DNA of 64,000 nucleotides from an uncultured Chlamydiae bacterium (GTDB lineage Bacteria; Chlamydiota; Chlamydiia; Chlamydiales; JAJFMB01): NCBI GenBank assembly GCA_963696295.1, contig CAVOJR010000001.1, positions 2,496,001 to 2,560,000 of the forward strand, read 5' to 3'. Shown piece by piece: positions 55,983 to 64,000 of this stretch (position 1 is its first letter; each line of letters starts with the position of its first letter). The notes under the pieces were generated by a model. It saw only the letters and a program-made list of their open reading frames with translations, ran no database searches and was not told where the DNA came from. The position numbers and the translations under genes were made by a program.

Positions 55983-57046
55983 ACCTTCCCCAGGTCTTTG
56001 ACGGTGAAAATCCCTCTAATCCCGCCTTCAACGCAGTGACCATCAAACTGGATGGCTCGCTGAAAGCCGATCTGAATTGGGAGAATAAAAAAAAACTTGC
56101 CAAAGAGGCGATTGAAAAAGGCTATAAGATCTTTTGGGAAATAGAGCTTGGCCTTTTCTCTAGATTGCCCCTTCCCTTCTATGATGAAACGCAGGGCAAA
56201 AGCCTGAAATTATCCCTCGAAATTTTCCATCAGGAGATCTGGGAGGCTTTTAAGGAGGATAGTCTGGGGCTTTGCCTTTATCGGGGCAGCGCGGACTTCA
56301 CAAAGGATTTTCCCTGGACGGCTGAGGAAAGAGATCTTTTGAGGGAGCGGCTCGAAAAGGTTTACGATATCCCCCAATTTAACCGGGAAACCGGATTGCA
56401 GATCAGGGATTTTGCCGACATCGATGAGCGTCTGTTAAAGCAAAATCCTAATGGACAGCATCTGATGAATTTGTTTTGCTGTGATTTCTGCGTGGACTAC
56501 CTCGATTTTATCTGCCAGGATCTGCCGGACTCCCTCCCCTTATTTGTCCTGTTGGACGCCGGGGCGATCAGCAATCCGGGATTTTTAGCTCAAATCACTT
56601 CCCGGGAGCGGTTTGATATTTACCGCCCGGTTGTGCACGGCGGGGCGCTCCCCATTTCCGGGCTCGCCTGGGACGACGACCGCGCGTCGTTTGGTTATAT
56701 AGCTAAACGCCAAATCAAGCTGAAACCCATAGAATTGGCCAATATTGCGATTTGCCTGCCGCCGGTCGCTAAAATGAGTTTGTATCCCGGCCTGGAGCAG
56801 GCCATCACTTCGCTGAATCAACGGTGTCTTCATTACCGCCTTATTCCCGAACCTTTTTTGACGATGGAGTGGGACGGACTCGATTATCTTCTCTTCCAAC
56901 CCGACGGTTTGAGCGATTTGGGGGAGCGGAAACTGCAGGGTTTTTGCGCCGCCGGAGGGACTGTAGTGACATTAGGCCGCAAAATCGGAATGCCTTGCGA
57001 ATTAACTTTCGATGAATGGACAGAAAAATTGTTAGAAATTCTTTGA
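55973..57046 (+). CDS. Hypothetical protein
   Basis: 357-aa ORF in an operon between trmB and pgi; WDGLDY and LQGFCAAGG near the C-terminus. Confidence 0.7.
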   Translation: MLMNLPQVFDGENPSNPAFNAVTIKLDGSLKADLNWENKKKLAKEAIEKGYKIFWEIELGLFSRLPLPFYDETQGKSLKLSLEIFHQEIWEAFKEDSLGLCLYRGSADFTKDFPWTAEERDLLRERLEKVYDIPQFNRETGLQIRDFADIDERLLKQNPNGQHLMNLFCCDFCVDYLDFICQDLPDSLPLFVLLDAGAISNPGFLAQITSRERFDIYRPVVHGGALPISGLAWDDDRASFGYIAKRQIKLKPIELANIAICLPPVAKMSLYPGLEQAITSLNQRCLHYRLIPEPFLTMEWDGLDYLLFQPDGLSDLGERKLQGFCAAGGTVVTLGRKIGMPCELTFDEWTEKLLEIL

Positions 57047-57081
57047 TCAGACATAATCAGGTTTTTACAAGGAGTTAACCT

Positions 57082-58701
57082 ATGGTTATGACAAAGGAGA
57101 AGAGTTTGGAATTTTCTAATTATCCGGCATCGAAGCAACTGAAAAAGCTTGCTGAAAACCCCTATGATTTGACGAAAAAGGGCAATCTCTCCAGCGAGCG
57201 GGTCGCAAAATATACGGCTGATTCGTGCGGTTATAAACTGCTCTACGGAACGGAACGGGTGACTGACGAAGTGATGCTCGCTTTGCTCGAACTCGCTGCC
57301 CAAGCCAAAGTTTTTGAGAAGATGGAAAAAATGCAAGGGGGCGAGGTGTGCAACCGGATCGAGGGTTTTCCAAGTGAAAACCGGAAAGTTCTGCATACAG
57401 CTACCAGGGATTTCTTCCAGCCGAATCCGGCTCCTGCGGCAAAGGAGGCGGCAAATCTTGCTAAAGCGGAATTAGACAAACTAAAAACATTTATGAGCAA
57501 GGTGGACAGCGAAAACCGCTTCAAAGACCTGATCATGATCGGCATCGGAGGCTCCAATTTGGGTCCTCAAGCCCACTTTTTAGCTCTTCAGCATCTGAAG
57601 AAACCGGGTCGCAATATCCATTTTATCTGCAATGTCGATCCTGATGAAACGACCATGGTTCTTCGCCAGGTGGATTTGAAGAACACCCTGGTTCTAGTCG
57701 TTTCAAAATCGGGAACGACTTTGGAGACGGCGGCCAATGAAGAGTTTGTCAAAAACTCCTTCAAAGAGGCGGGCCTTGATCCTAAAAAGCACTTTATTGC
57801 CATCACAGGCATGGGCAGTCCCATGGACGACAAACAAAAGTATCTGGAGAGCTTTTATATTTGGGATTGGATTGGCGGCAGATTTTCCACGACCTCGATG
57901 GTCGGGGGCGTGCTCCTCGCTTTCGCTTTCGGCTACGATGTTTTTTATGAGTTTTTGCGCGGAGCAAGCAGCATGGATAAAGCCGCTTTAAGCCGCGATT
58001 TGAACCGCAACCTCCCCCTGCTCGGGGCACTTCTTGGCATTTGGAACCGCAATTTCTTAAACGTTGCGACCGAAGCGCTGATCCCCTATACGAGAGCCCT
58101 TTCGAGGTGGTCGGCCCATATTCAGCAGGCGTCGATGGAGTCCAATGGGAAACACATTGATACGCATGGAAAATTTGTCGATTTTGCCACAGGGCCTATT
58201 ATTTGGGGAGAGCCCGGCACTAATGGCCAGCACTCCTTTTTTCAGTTAATACACCAGGGAACGGATATCATAGCGCTCGAGTTTATCGGGTACCTGGAAA
58301 ATCAGTGCCAAAAAGATATCGAAATCGGCGGGACCTTCTCGCAGGAAAAACTCCTTTCCAATCTGTTTGCCCAATCGATTTCTTTGGCAACCGGCGAGAA
58401 AAATGAAAATCCCAACAAAGATTTCGCTGGCAACAGGCCTTCCCATATTCTGCTCGGCAAACAGCTTACCCCCCATTCTTTAGGTGTTTTGCTCAGCTAC
58501 TACGAAAACAAAATCGCCTTTCAGGGTTTTGTCTGGGGGATTAACTCCTTCGATCAGGAAGGGGTGCAGCTGGGGAAAGTGCTGGCCAATCGGATCATCG
58601 ATTGTTTTGCCGCCAAGCGAGGGAAGCCGTTGAAGAAGCATGAGCCCTATCCCGTGGCTGATGCCTACTTAAAGCATTTAGACCATCTTGAGAATTCCTG
58701 A
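57082..58701 (+). CDS. pgi: Glucose-6-phosphate isomerase
   Basis: GIGGSNLG, SKSGTTLET, GGRFS, MESNGK, GTNGQHSFFQLIHQG, FDQEGVQLGK. Confidence 0.97.
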   Translation: MVMTKEKSLEFSNYPASKQLKKLAENPYDLTKKGNLSSERVAKYTADSCGYKLLYGTERVTDEVMLALLELAAQAKVFEKMEKMQGGEVCNRIEGFPSENRKVLHTATRDFFQPNPAPAAKEAANLAKAELDKLKTFMSKVDSENRFKDLIMIGIGGSNLGPQAHFLALQHLKKPGRNIHFICNVDPDETTMVLRQVDLKNTLVLVVSKSGTTLETAANEEFVKNSFKEAGLDPKKHFIAITGMGSPMDDKQKYLESFYIWDWIGGRFSTTSMVGGVLLAFAFGYDVFYEFLRGASSMDKAALSRDLNRNLPLLGALLGIWNRNFLNVATEALIPYTRALSRWSAHIQQASMESNGKHIDTHGKFVDFATGPIIWGEPGTNGQHSFFQLIHQGTDIIALEFIGYLENQCQKDIEIGGTFSQEKLLSNLFAQSISLATGEKNENPNKDFAGNRPSHILLGKQLTPHSLGVLLSYYENKIAFQGFVWGINSFDQEGVQLGKVLANRIIDCFAAKRGKPLKKHEPYPVADAYLKHLDHLENS

Positions 58702-59147
58702 TGTATTCGCTTTATGAAATTCCCAGACGCTCGCGCAGCTGTTTTCAGTGCCAGGCCCCTTTTTTGCCTGGCTCTGTTTATTATTCCCTTCTATCGGAAA
58801 ATTTCGAAAGAAGGGATTGCTGTGCGGGCTGCTTTCAAAATCAGCCGGACAAAGGGAAAATCTATTGGAAAGCTTTGATTCCCGAAAAGCCGAAGCAGAA
58901 CACCAGGCATAGCGAGCGCGCCCTCTCGCTGCTCCGCGAAATATATAAAGAGCAAAAAGAGACGGCGTATATATTGGCTCTCTATCTGCAAAGGCAAAAA
59001 GTGATTATCAGACGTCAAGAGGTTGATGAGGCGATCCTTTTTGAAGTTGTGGAAACGGAAGAGATTTTGAGCATCCACAAGGTGGATCCTGAACGATTGG
59101 ATGCGGATCTCTTGCAAAGCCAGATAGCCAAGAAGTTAGAAGAGTGA
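58701..59147 (+). CDS. Hypothetical protein with CxxC...CxxC (possible Zn-binding)
   Basis: CFQC and CCAGC; LALYLQRQK; coupled to both pgi and xerD. Confidence 0.75.
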   Translation: MYSLYEIPRRSRSCFQCQAPFLPGSVYYSLLSENFERRDCCAGCFQNQPDKGKIYWKALIPEKPKQNTRHSERALSLLREIYKEQKETAYILALYLQRQKVIIRRQEVDEAILFEVVETEEILSIHKVDPERLDADLLQSQIAKKLEE

Positions 59148-60019
59148 AACAACAGCTTTACGATTTTTTCCTCTACCTTTCTTCTGAGAAAGGGTTGTCC
59201 CCAAATACCCTTGAAGCTTACCGCAGCGATCTGGAAAAGTTCAGCCTTTATTTACACGGGTGCGGAATCACCGAATTTCCCTTTGTCTCCCAGGAGAATA
59301 TCGTCGGTTTCTTAAGTATGCAAAAGGCGGCTGAGTATGCCTCCTCCTCAATCTGCCGTGCGCTGATCGCGATCAAAGTTCTATTTAGCTTTTTAAAAAG
59401 GGAGAAGTATATCGCTTCTAATGTAGCGCTCTACCTGGAAACGCCAAAGATTTGGCAGCTCATTCCGGAAGTGCTCAGCTGTGAAGAAGTGGATCTTTTG
59501 TTGGATGCGCCGAATCTCGAAGAGATGACGGGAGCCAGGGATAAGGCTATTTTAGAGGTTTTATATTCCAGCGGCCTCAGGGTTTCCGAGGTGTGCCATT
59601 TATCTCTTTTTGCGATTGATGACGATTATGTGCGCGTGTTTGGCAAGGGGCGCAAGGAGAGGATTGTGCCGATAGGTAAAAGAGCGGTGTCGGCTGTTGA
59701 TTACTACCTGACTCACTTTCGCTCTCAATTTGACAGCGATAAAGAAATCCATTTGTTTTTGACCAAAAACGGGCTCCCGATCGATCGCATAATGGTTTGG
59801 CGGATGATCAAGAGCTACGCCAGGCAAACAGGCATAAAAAAGAATATCTCTCCTCACACCCTAAGGCATTCTTTTGCCACCCATCTGCTCGACCACGGCG
59901 CTGACTTGAGAATCATACAGGAGATGCTGGGCCATGCCAGCATTTCCAGTACAGACCGCTACACGCATGTCAGCCGCAGCCATTTAAAAGAGGCTTTCCT
60001 GAGATTTTCGCCTAAGTAG
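59144..60019 (+). CDS. xerD: Site-specific tyrosine recombinase XerD
   Basis: EKGLSPNTLEAYRSDL, RDKAILEVLYSSGLRVSE, GKGRKERIVP, SPHTLRHSFATHLL, LGHASISSTDRYTH. Confidence 0.93.
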   Translation: MKQQLYDFFLYLSSEKGLSPNTLEAYRSDLEKFSLYLHGCGITEFPFVSQENIVGFLSMQKAAEYASSSICRALIAIKVLFSFLKREKYIASNVALYLETPKIWQLIPEVLSCEEVDLLLDAPNLEEMTGARDKAILEVLYSSGLRVSEVCHLSLFAIDDDYVRVFGKGRKERIVPIGKRAVSAVDYYLTHFRSQFDSDKEIHLFLTKNGLPIDRIMVWRMIKSYARQTGIKKNISPHTLRHSFATHLLDHGADLRIIQEMLGHASISSTDRYTHVSRSHLKEAFLRFSPK

Positions 60020-60025
60020 ACGCCG

Positions 60026-60224
60026 CTGAAAAAGTCATCGCGATAAATTCGTCGTCCAACCCTACCCTAGTTGAACTCCTCGCAAATTAAATTTTTCATT
60101 TTTTCTTTCGCGAGTTCGGGCTCCTCCTCAAAAATTGCAAGGTTTTAACAAACCTTGTAAATCGATACTCATTCCATTCCCAGGAAAGTGCAATTTTTTT
60201 TACTCGGAGCCCTTACTTTTTCAG
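60026..60224. mobile_element. MITE-like non-autonomous element
   Basis: Terminal inverted repeats CTGAAAAAGT (60026-60035) and ACTTTTTCAG (60215-60224) bound almost the whole xerD/ORF intergenic gap; internal hairpins. Confidence 0.4.
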
Positions 60225-60230
60225 GCCCGC

Positions 60231-60911
60231 CTAAGCTGACAGAGCATCAAGAGCTAGATCATTAATCCTGGCATTGATGATCCGGGGATAGGGGAACTGG
60301 GAAATTTTCAGCTTCAATTCATTAATTTCGTCGAAGGCTCCCTTTCTTTCCTGACCCAGCCTTTGCGCAAATTCATGCTGCATTTGCTGGTAAAGGGGAT
60401 CATCTTTGTTTGCTTTTAAAACTTTGATCCTTTCAATGTGTTTGTAGAGGGAGTTGTAAGCGAGAAGATTTCTATCGGCGCAAAGAAACTCAAAGAATGC
60501 CTGTTTAGCACCTTCGCTTAGATCTTTTTTAACGCATTTTTCATAGACAACAATAGTTTTTCTCGCAGCGGCTTCAATGTAGAGGTTGCTGCCGGCATGG
60601 CTGCCTAAAGCAAAGGTTGCGGCAAACATAACCGAAGGCAGCGAAAGGAAGGAGCAGGCGCAGATCAAAGCAAAGGTCATCCCTTTATGCTCATTCCAGA
60701 CATCCATAACCTTGCCGGTTGTTTCTCTCATCAAGTGCGCCATCGGGACGCTGATACCCGCGGCCGCCCAATATAATCCGGGATTTATCCAATAAAAATA
60801 GGCCGACATAATTCCAGTGCAGGCATGAGTTAGCAATGCAGTGGTTCCTTGTGTGATATCATTCCATTTGATATGAAATGTTTCTGGATCAAATCTATTT
60901 GTAGAAGACAT
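60231..60911 (-). CDS. Hypothetical membrane protein (Inc-like hydrophobic pattern)
   Basis: Two long hydrophobic regions followed by a hydrophilic helical tail; GGAGG RBS. Confidence 0.65.
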   Translation of the reverse strand: MSSTNRFDPETFHIKWNDITQGTTALLTHACTGIMSAYFYWINPGLYWAAAGISVPMAHLMRETTGKVMDVWNEHKGMTFALICACSFLSLPSVMFAATFALGSHAGSNLYIEAAARKTIVVYEKCVKKDLSEGAKQAFFEFLCADRNLLAYNSLYKHIERIKVLKANKDDPLYQQMQHEFAQRLGQERKGAFDEINELKLKISQFPYPRIINARINDLALDALSA

Positions 60912-60914
60912 ATT

Positions 60915-61082
60915 TTACCTCCATCTAGGAATATTTAAAAAAAACTGTACGACCTCTAAAAAGCGGTTGCTGCGAAAGACGGCAACAACAAAAGAAACTG
61001 TACGACCTTTAAAGCCGATAGACTTTTTGAGGACATATTGAGGGTTGATTTGTTCATAAATAGCTCTAACTACTAAATCCAT
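60915..61082 (-). CDS. Possible 55-aa small protein
   Basis: MDLVVRAIYEQINPQYVLKKSIGFKGRTVSFVVAVFRSNRFLEVVQFFLNIPRWR; stop lies 3 nt before the next ATG. Confidence 0.35.
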   Translation of the reverse strand: MDLVVRAIYEQINPQYVLKKSIGFKGRTVSFVVAVFRSNRFLEVVQFFLNIPRWR

Positions 61083-61212
61083 GGATTAATACCTGCTTCC
61101 ATTCAGCAAGGTGATGTATTATAGCAATAAATAAATCTTTATGGAAGCTTTTTTTTTGTTAAAAAATTTTATACCTATTATATATCTTATTTATTCCTTA
61201 ACTTTATTTATA

Positions 61213-61242
61213 TTGACAAACCTAAAATGTAAATTGTATTAT
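61213..61242 (+). promoter_or_regulatory. Sigma66/70-type promoter for the SycD operon
   Basis: TTGACA-N18-TATTAT in a very AT-rich intergenic region. Confidence 0.55.
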
Positions 61243-61300
61243 TTAGTTAGAATAATAGATGAATTAAAAGGTTAGATCTCTAAAGCGGGGTTTAATAGAA

Positions 61301-61819
61301 ATGAAAGACGATTTAGGCGACTTCAAAATATCGAAAAAGACTCAAAAACTCCTGCAAGATAAAGAGTTTTTAAAGAAAGAGCTGGCCGCGGGAAAATCGG
61401 CTCAGGAAATTATGGGTTTCTCAGATGAAGCCATGGCTAAATTCTATAAATCTGCTCTTTATCTCTTTGAGAATGGTCATTTTGCGGGTTCGGTTGATGC
61501 CTTTTTATTTTTGGCTACTCTCAACCCCTATAACTATGAGTATTGGCTTGGATTAGGGATGTCGTTGCAAAAATGCAATCAATTCGATACGGCGATCGAC
61601 GCATACGAGCTGGCTGCCATTTGCCAACCAGATATCCCTGTCCCCTACTTCTATCTGGCAAAGTGCTTTTTTGCCGTGCATGATCGCGCCAACGCAGACA
61701 AGGCTCTTGATTTAGCTCTCGAGTATGCCGGCGACTATGAAGAGTATGCCGAACTCAAAAAACAGGCCAAACAGGCTAAAGCTTTACTGACTAAAGACTT
61801 AAAACCTAAGGAAAGATAA
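61301..61819 (+). CDS. SycD/LcrH-family type III secretion chaperone (TPR)
   Basis: F.FLATLNPYNYEYWLGLG..Q....F..AI.AY, PVPYFYLAKC. Confidence 0.88.
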   Translation: MKDDLGDFKISKKTQKLLQDKEFLKKELAAGKSAQEIMGFSDEAMAKFYKSALYLFENGHFAGSVDAFLFLATLNPYNYEYWLGLGMSLQKCNQFDTAIDAYELAAICQPDIPVPYFYLAKCFFAVHDRANADKALDLALEYAGDYEEYAELKKQAKQAKALLTKDLKPKER

Positions 61820-61822
61820 TCG

Positions 61823-62530
61823 ATGGATATTGATAAGGTTGCTGAAAGCTTGTTGGAGGAGGATAGTTTTTATCAAAACCGGGCGAGCGAGCTGGTCAGC
61901 AAAGAGATGCTCAAACAACGCCATAAGGAGGAAATTAAAGAGGCTTTGAAGAACCAGGAGCTGGCTGATGCTGTTGTCAGGGGATTTGACTGGATCCGTC
62001 AAGACATCATTGAGGTTTTGTCGCAAGAGGAGTTGGAGCCATTTTTCCATGACCTGGCCAAGATCAATCAGGAGCATGTGGAACATCCTCCTGAGGCAGT
62101 GGCCAAAAAGTTGTCGAATCACGAGACAGCCACATTGCAGGAGCTGTTTGAGTTGTCCAACAGCACCATGCAAAAAATCTACGCCTTAGGCCACCAATAT
62201 TTCCTGAAAAAAGAGTATGATAAGGCGATCGATATCTTTTCCATTGTCACCGCCTTTAACCCCTTCGTGTCCGATTTTTGGAACGCCCTCGCCCTTTGCT
62301 ATCAGGCCAAGCAAGAGTGGAAGCTCGCCATTGAGGCGTTCACGTTAGCGTGTTCTACAAATGATAAAAGCGTGGCTCCTCTGATTTCACGGGCCGAATG
62401 CTGCTTGAAACTGAATTTACTCGATGAGGCCGACAAGGAGCTGGAGTTCGCCAGCAAAATTATCGAAACCAACCCTGCCCTGGACAAGGAGTGGGGGGCA
62501 TACATAACAGAACTAAGGAGAACTATATGA
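61823..62530 (+). CDS. SycD/LcrH-family type III secretion chaperone (TPR)
   Basis: TLQELFELS...MQKIYALGHQYF..KEYDKA..IF......NPFVSDFW.ALA.CYQ. Confidence 0.85.
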   Translation: MDIDKVAESLLEEDSFYQNRASELVSKEMLKQRHKEEIKEALKNQELADAVVRGFDWIRQDIIEVLSQEELEPFFHDLAKINQEHVEHPPEAVAKKLSNHETATLQELFELSNSTMQKIYALGHQYFLKKEYDKAIDIFSIVTAFNPFVSDFWNALALCYQAKQEWKLAIEAFTLACSTNDKSVAPLISRAECCLKLNLLDEADKELEFASKIIETNPALDKEWGAYITELRRTI

Positions 62531-62724
62531 AAATCACTAATGAAGGAGTCAATCCCTCTGATTTTTCTAATCATCCAGTAGGGGGGTCCTCCCATTCTTT
62601 GAATACACGTATTCAAGAAAATCCGAATTTTGATAATTTATTGCCCAGCGATACGAAATTTCCCCCTCGAATTCAAACCCTTTTAGGTAATCCTCTTTTC
62701 TTTGCCAGAAACATAACTCGCTAG
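62527..62724 (+). CDS. Small ORF after the chaperones; possible T3SS substrate or truncated translocator
   Basis: AAGGAG RBS and ATGA overlap with the chaperone stop; Ser/Pro/Asn-rich N-terminus MKITNEGVNPSDFSNHPVGGSSHS. Confidence 0.5.
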   Translation: MKITNEGVNPSDFSNHPVGGSSHSLNTRIQENPNFDNLLPSDTKFPPRIQTLLGNPLFFARNITR

Positions 62725-64000
62725 AACTTGCCGATCTTCTGGTTCAGCAAACTGTTGACCAGGTCCGGAGGCGCTTTCCCCCTCGTCAGCTTCATCACCT
62801 GTCCCACTAGAAAGCTAAAGGCCTTTTCCTTGCCGGCTTTAAAGTCGCTAACCGATTGGGGGTTTTCCATCAAAACTTTGTCTACCAGCGACTCAACTTC
62901 TTTTGTGTCGCTCACCGGTTGAAAGTCGGGGTTCTCTTTCACGATCGCTTCGCAATCCTTGCCGGGGTTGGCCACCATCTCATCGGCTACGGTCTTCGCA
63001 ATCCGCCCCGTGATGGTCCCTTTATCGATCATGTTGATCAGTTTGGCGACGTTTTCCGGGGTGATTCCTGAATTAAGCAGGCTTTTCCCCGTGTCTTTAT
63101 ATCTTCCGGCAAATTCCACGATCAGCCAGTTGCATAAGCTGCGGGGGTTTTGACAGTGGGCGAGAGCCTTGTCAAAGTAATCAGCCAGCGGTTTGTCGCT
63201 CGCCAAAATAAAGGCGTTATCAGGAGAGAGCGCAAGATCGTGGACATAGCGCCGCTCCCGTTGCAGGGGAAGCTCGGGCAGCGTGCTGCGGATGCTTTCG
63301 ATATAGGCGTCGGTCAAAATAATCGGGACGAGGTCGGGCTCGGGGAAATAGCGGTAATCCTCGGCCTGCTCTTTTGAACGCATCATGACCACCTTTTTTT
63401 CGGCGGCATCCCAGCGGTAGGTGCATTGTCCGATGACTTGTTTGTGCGGTTTATCGGGGTGTTTGAGATACTCTTGGATTTGCCGCGCGATTTCACTATT
63501 CACCGCCATCTCCATATAGGAGAAGGAGTTCATATTTTTGATTTCCGTCTTATTTCGAAGCCCGGTTTCCCCCTTTTTCCGGACGGAGATGTTCGCGTCG
63601 AAGCGCAAATGCCCCTCTTCCATGTTGCAGTCGGAGGCGTCGAGGTATTGCAAAATGGCGCGCACCATCATAGCATAGGCGACCGCTTCTTTTGCGGTAT
63701 GGATGCAGGGTTCGGAGACTATCTCAATCAGAGGCACGCCGGCCCGGTTGTAGTCCACCCCCGCGAAGGTGGAGAAATGCTTCAGCATGCCGGCGTCATC
63801 TTCGATGTGGACGCGGTTGACGGCAAACTCTTTTTCCTCTCCTTCCACTTCGGCAATGATGGTTCCGCCGAGGACGATCGGTTCTTCATACTGCGTAATT
63901 TGGAAATTGCGCGGGCTGTCGGGATAAAAATAGGATTTGCGGTCGAATTTGCTGAATTTGGCGATTTGGCTGTTGATGGCGCACCCGAACTGCACGGCTT
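62721..64000 (-). CDS. gatB: Asp/Glu-tRNA amidotransferase subunit B; 5' part outside the window
   Basis: FDRKSYFYPD, HIEDDAG, DYNRAGVPLIEIVSEP, MEEGHLRFDANIS, YRYFPEPDL, FLVGQVMK. Confidence 0.98.
   Translation of the reverse strand, partial: AVQFGCAINSQIAKFSKFDRKSYFYPDSPRNFQITQYEEPIVLGGTIIAEVEGEEKEFAVNRVHIEDDAGMLKHFSTFAGVDYNRAGVPLIEIVSEPCIHTAKEAVAYAMMVRAILQYLDASDCNMEEGHLRFDANISVRKKGETGLRNKTEIKNMNSFSYMEMAVNSEIARQIQEYLKHPDKPHKQVIGQCTYRWDAAEKKVVMMRSKEQAEDYRYFPEPDLVPIILTDAYIESIRSTLPELPLQRERRYVHDLALSPDNAFILASDKPLADYFDKALAHCQNPRSLCNWLIVEFAGRYKDTGKSLLNSGITPENVAKLINMIDKGTITGRIAKTVADEMVANPGKDCEAIVKENPDFQPVSDTKEVESLVDKVLMENPQSVSDFKAGKEKAFSFLVGQVMKLTRGKAPPDLVNSLLNQKIGKF

Noticed and set aside
59144..60019. 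Prophage or integrative-element integrase
   Set aside because: Typical XerD length and motifs, coupled to the pgi operon, with no phage or conjugation genes nearby.

Overview
Chromosomal segment from an environmental member of the phylum Chlamydiota, inferred from the chlamydial-type rpmJ, the cdaA-cdaR pair, SycD/LcrH chaperones and the tRNA-Gln-prs-rplY-pth-rpsF-rpsR-rplI-ispE gene order. Most of the window is housekeeping: pyk, rsmE, murB, nusB, rpsN/rpmJ, rpmH/rnpA, a UvrD helicase, pgsA, hldD/hldE, map, trmB, pgi, xerD and partial gatB. There is also an arginine succinyltransferase (AST) operon. The strongest candidate for an undescribed system is an AT-rich RiPP-like locus (36316-39903). 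It pairs a cysteine-free double-glycine-leader precursor with a LanM-like enzyme that keeps most kinase residues but appears to lack the phosphate-elimination residues and the LanC zinc ligands, and a ClbS/DfsB-family gene lies upstream. Other highlights are a ~190-nt rod-like intergenic RNA (6S-sized), a 1695-aa protein with an N-terminal nucleotidyltransferase-like motif, an NTase/wHTH toxin-antitoxin-like pair with twin palindromic operators, two intergenic tandem-repeat arrays and a MITE-like element. All calls come from motif recognition by eye; no database searches were run.
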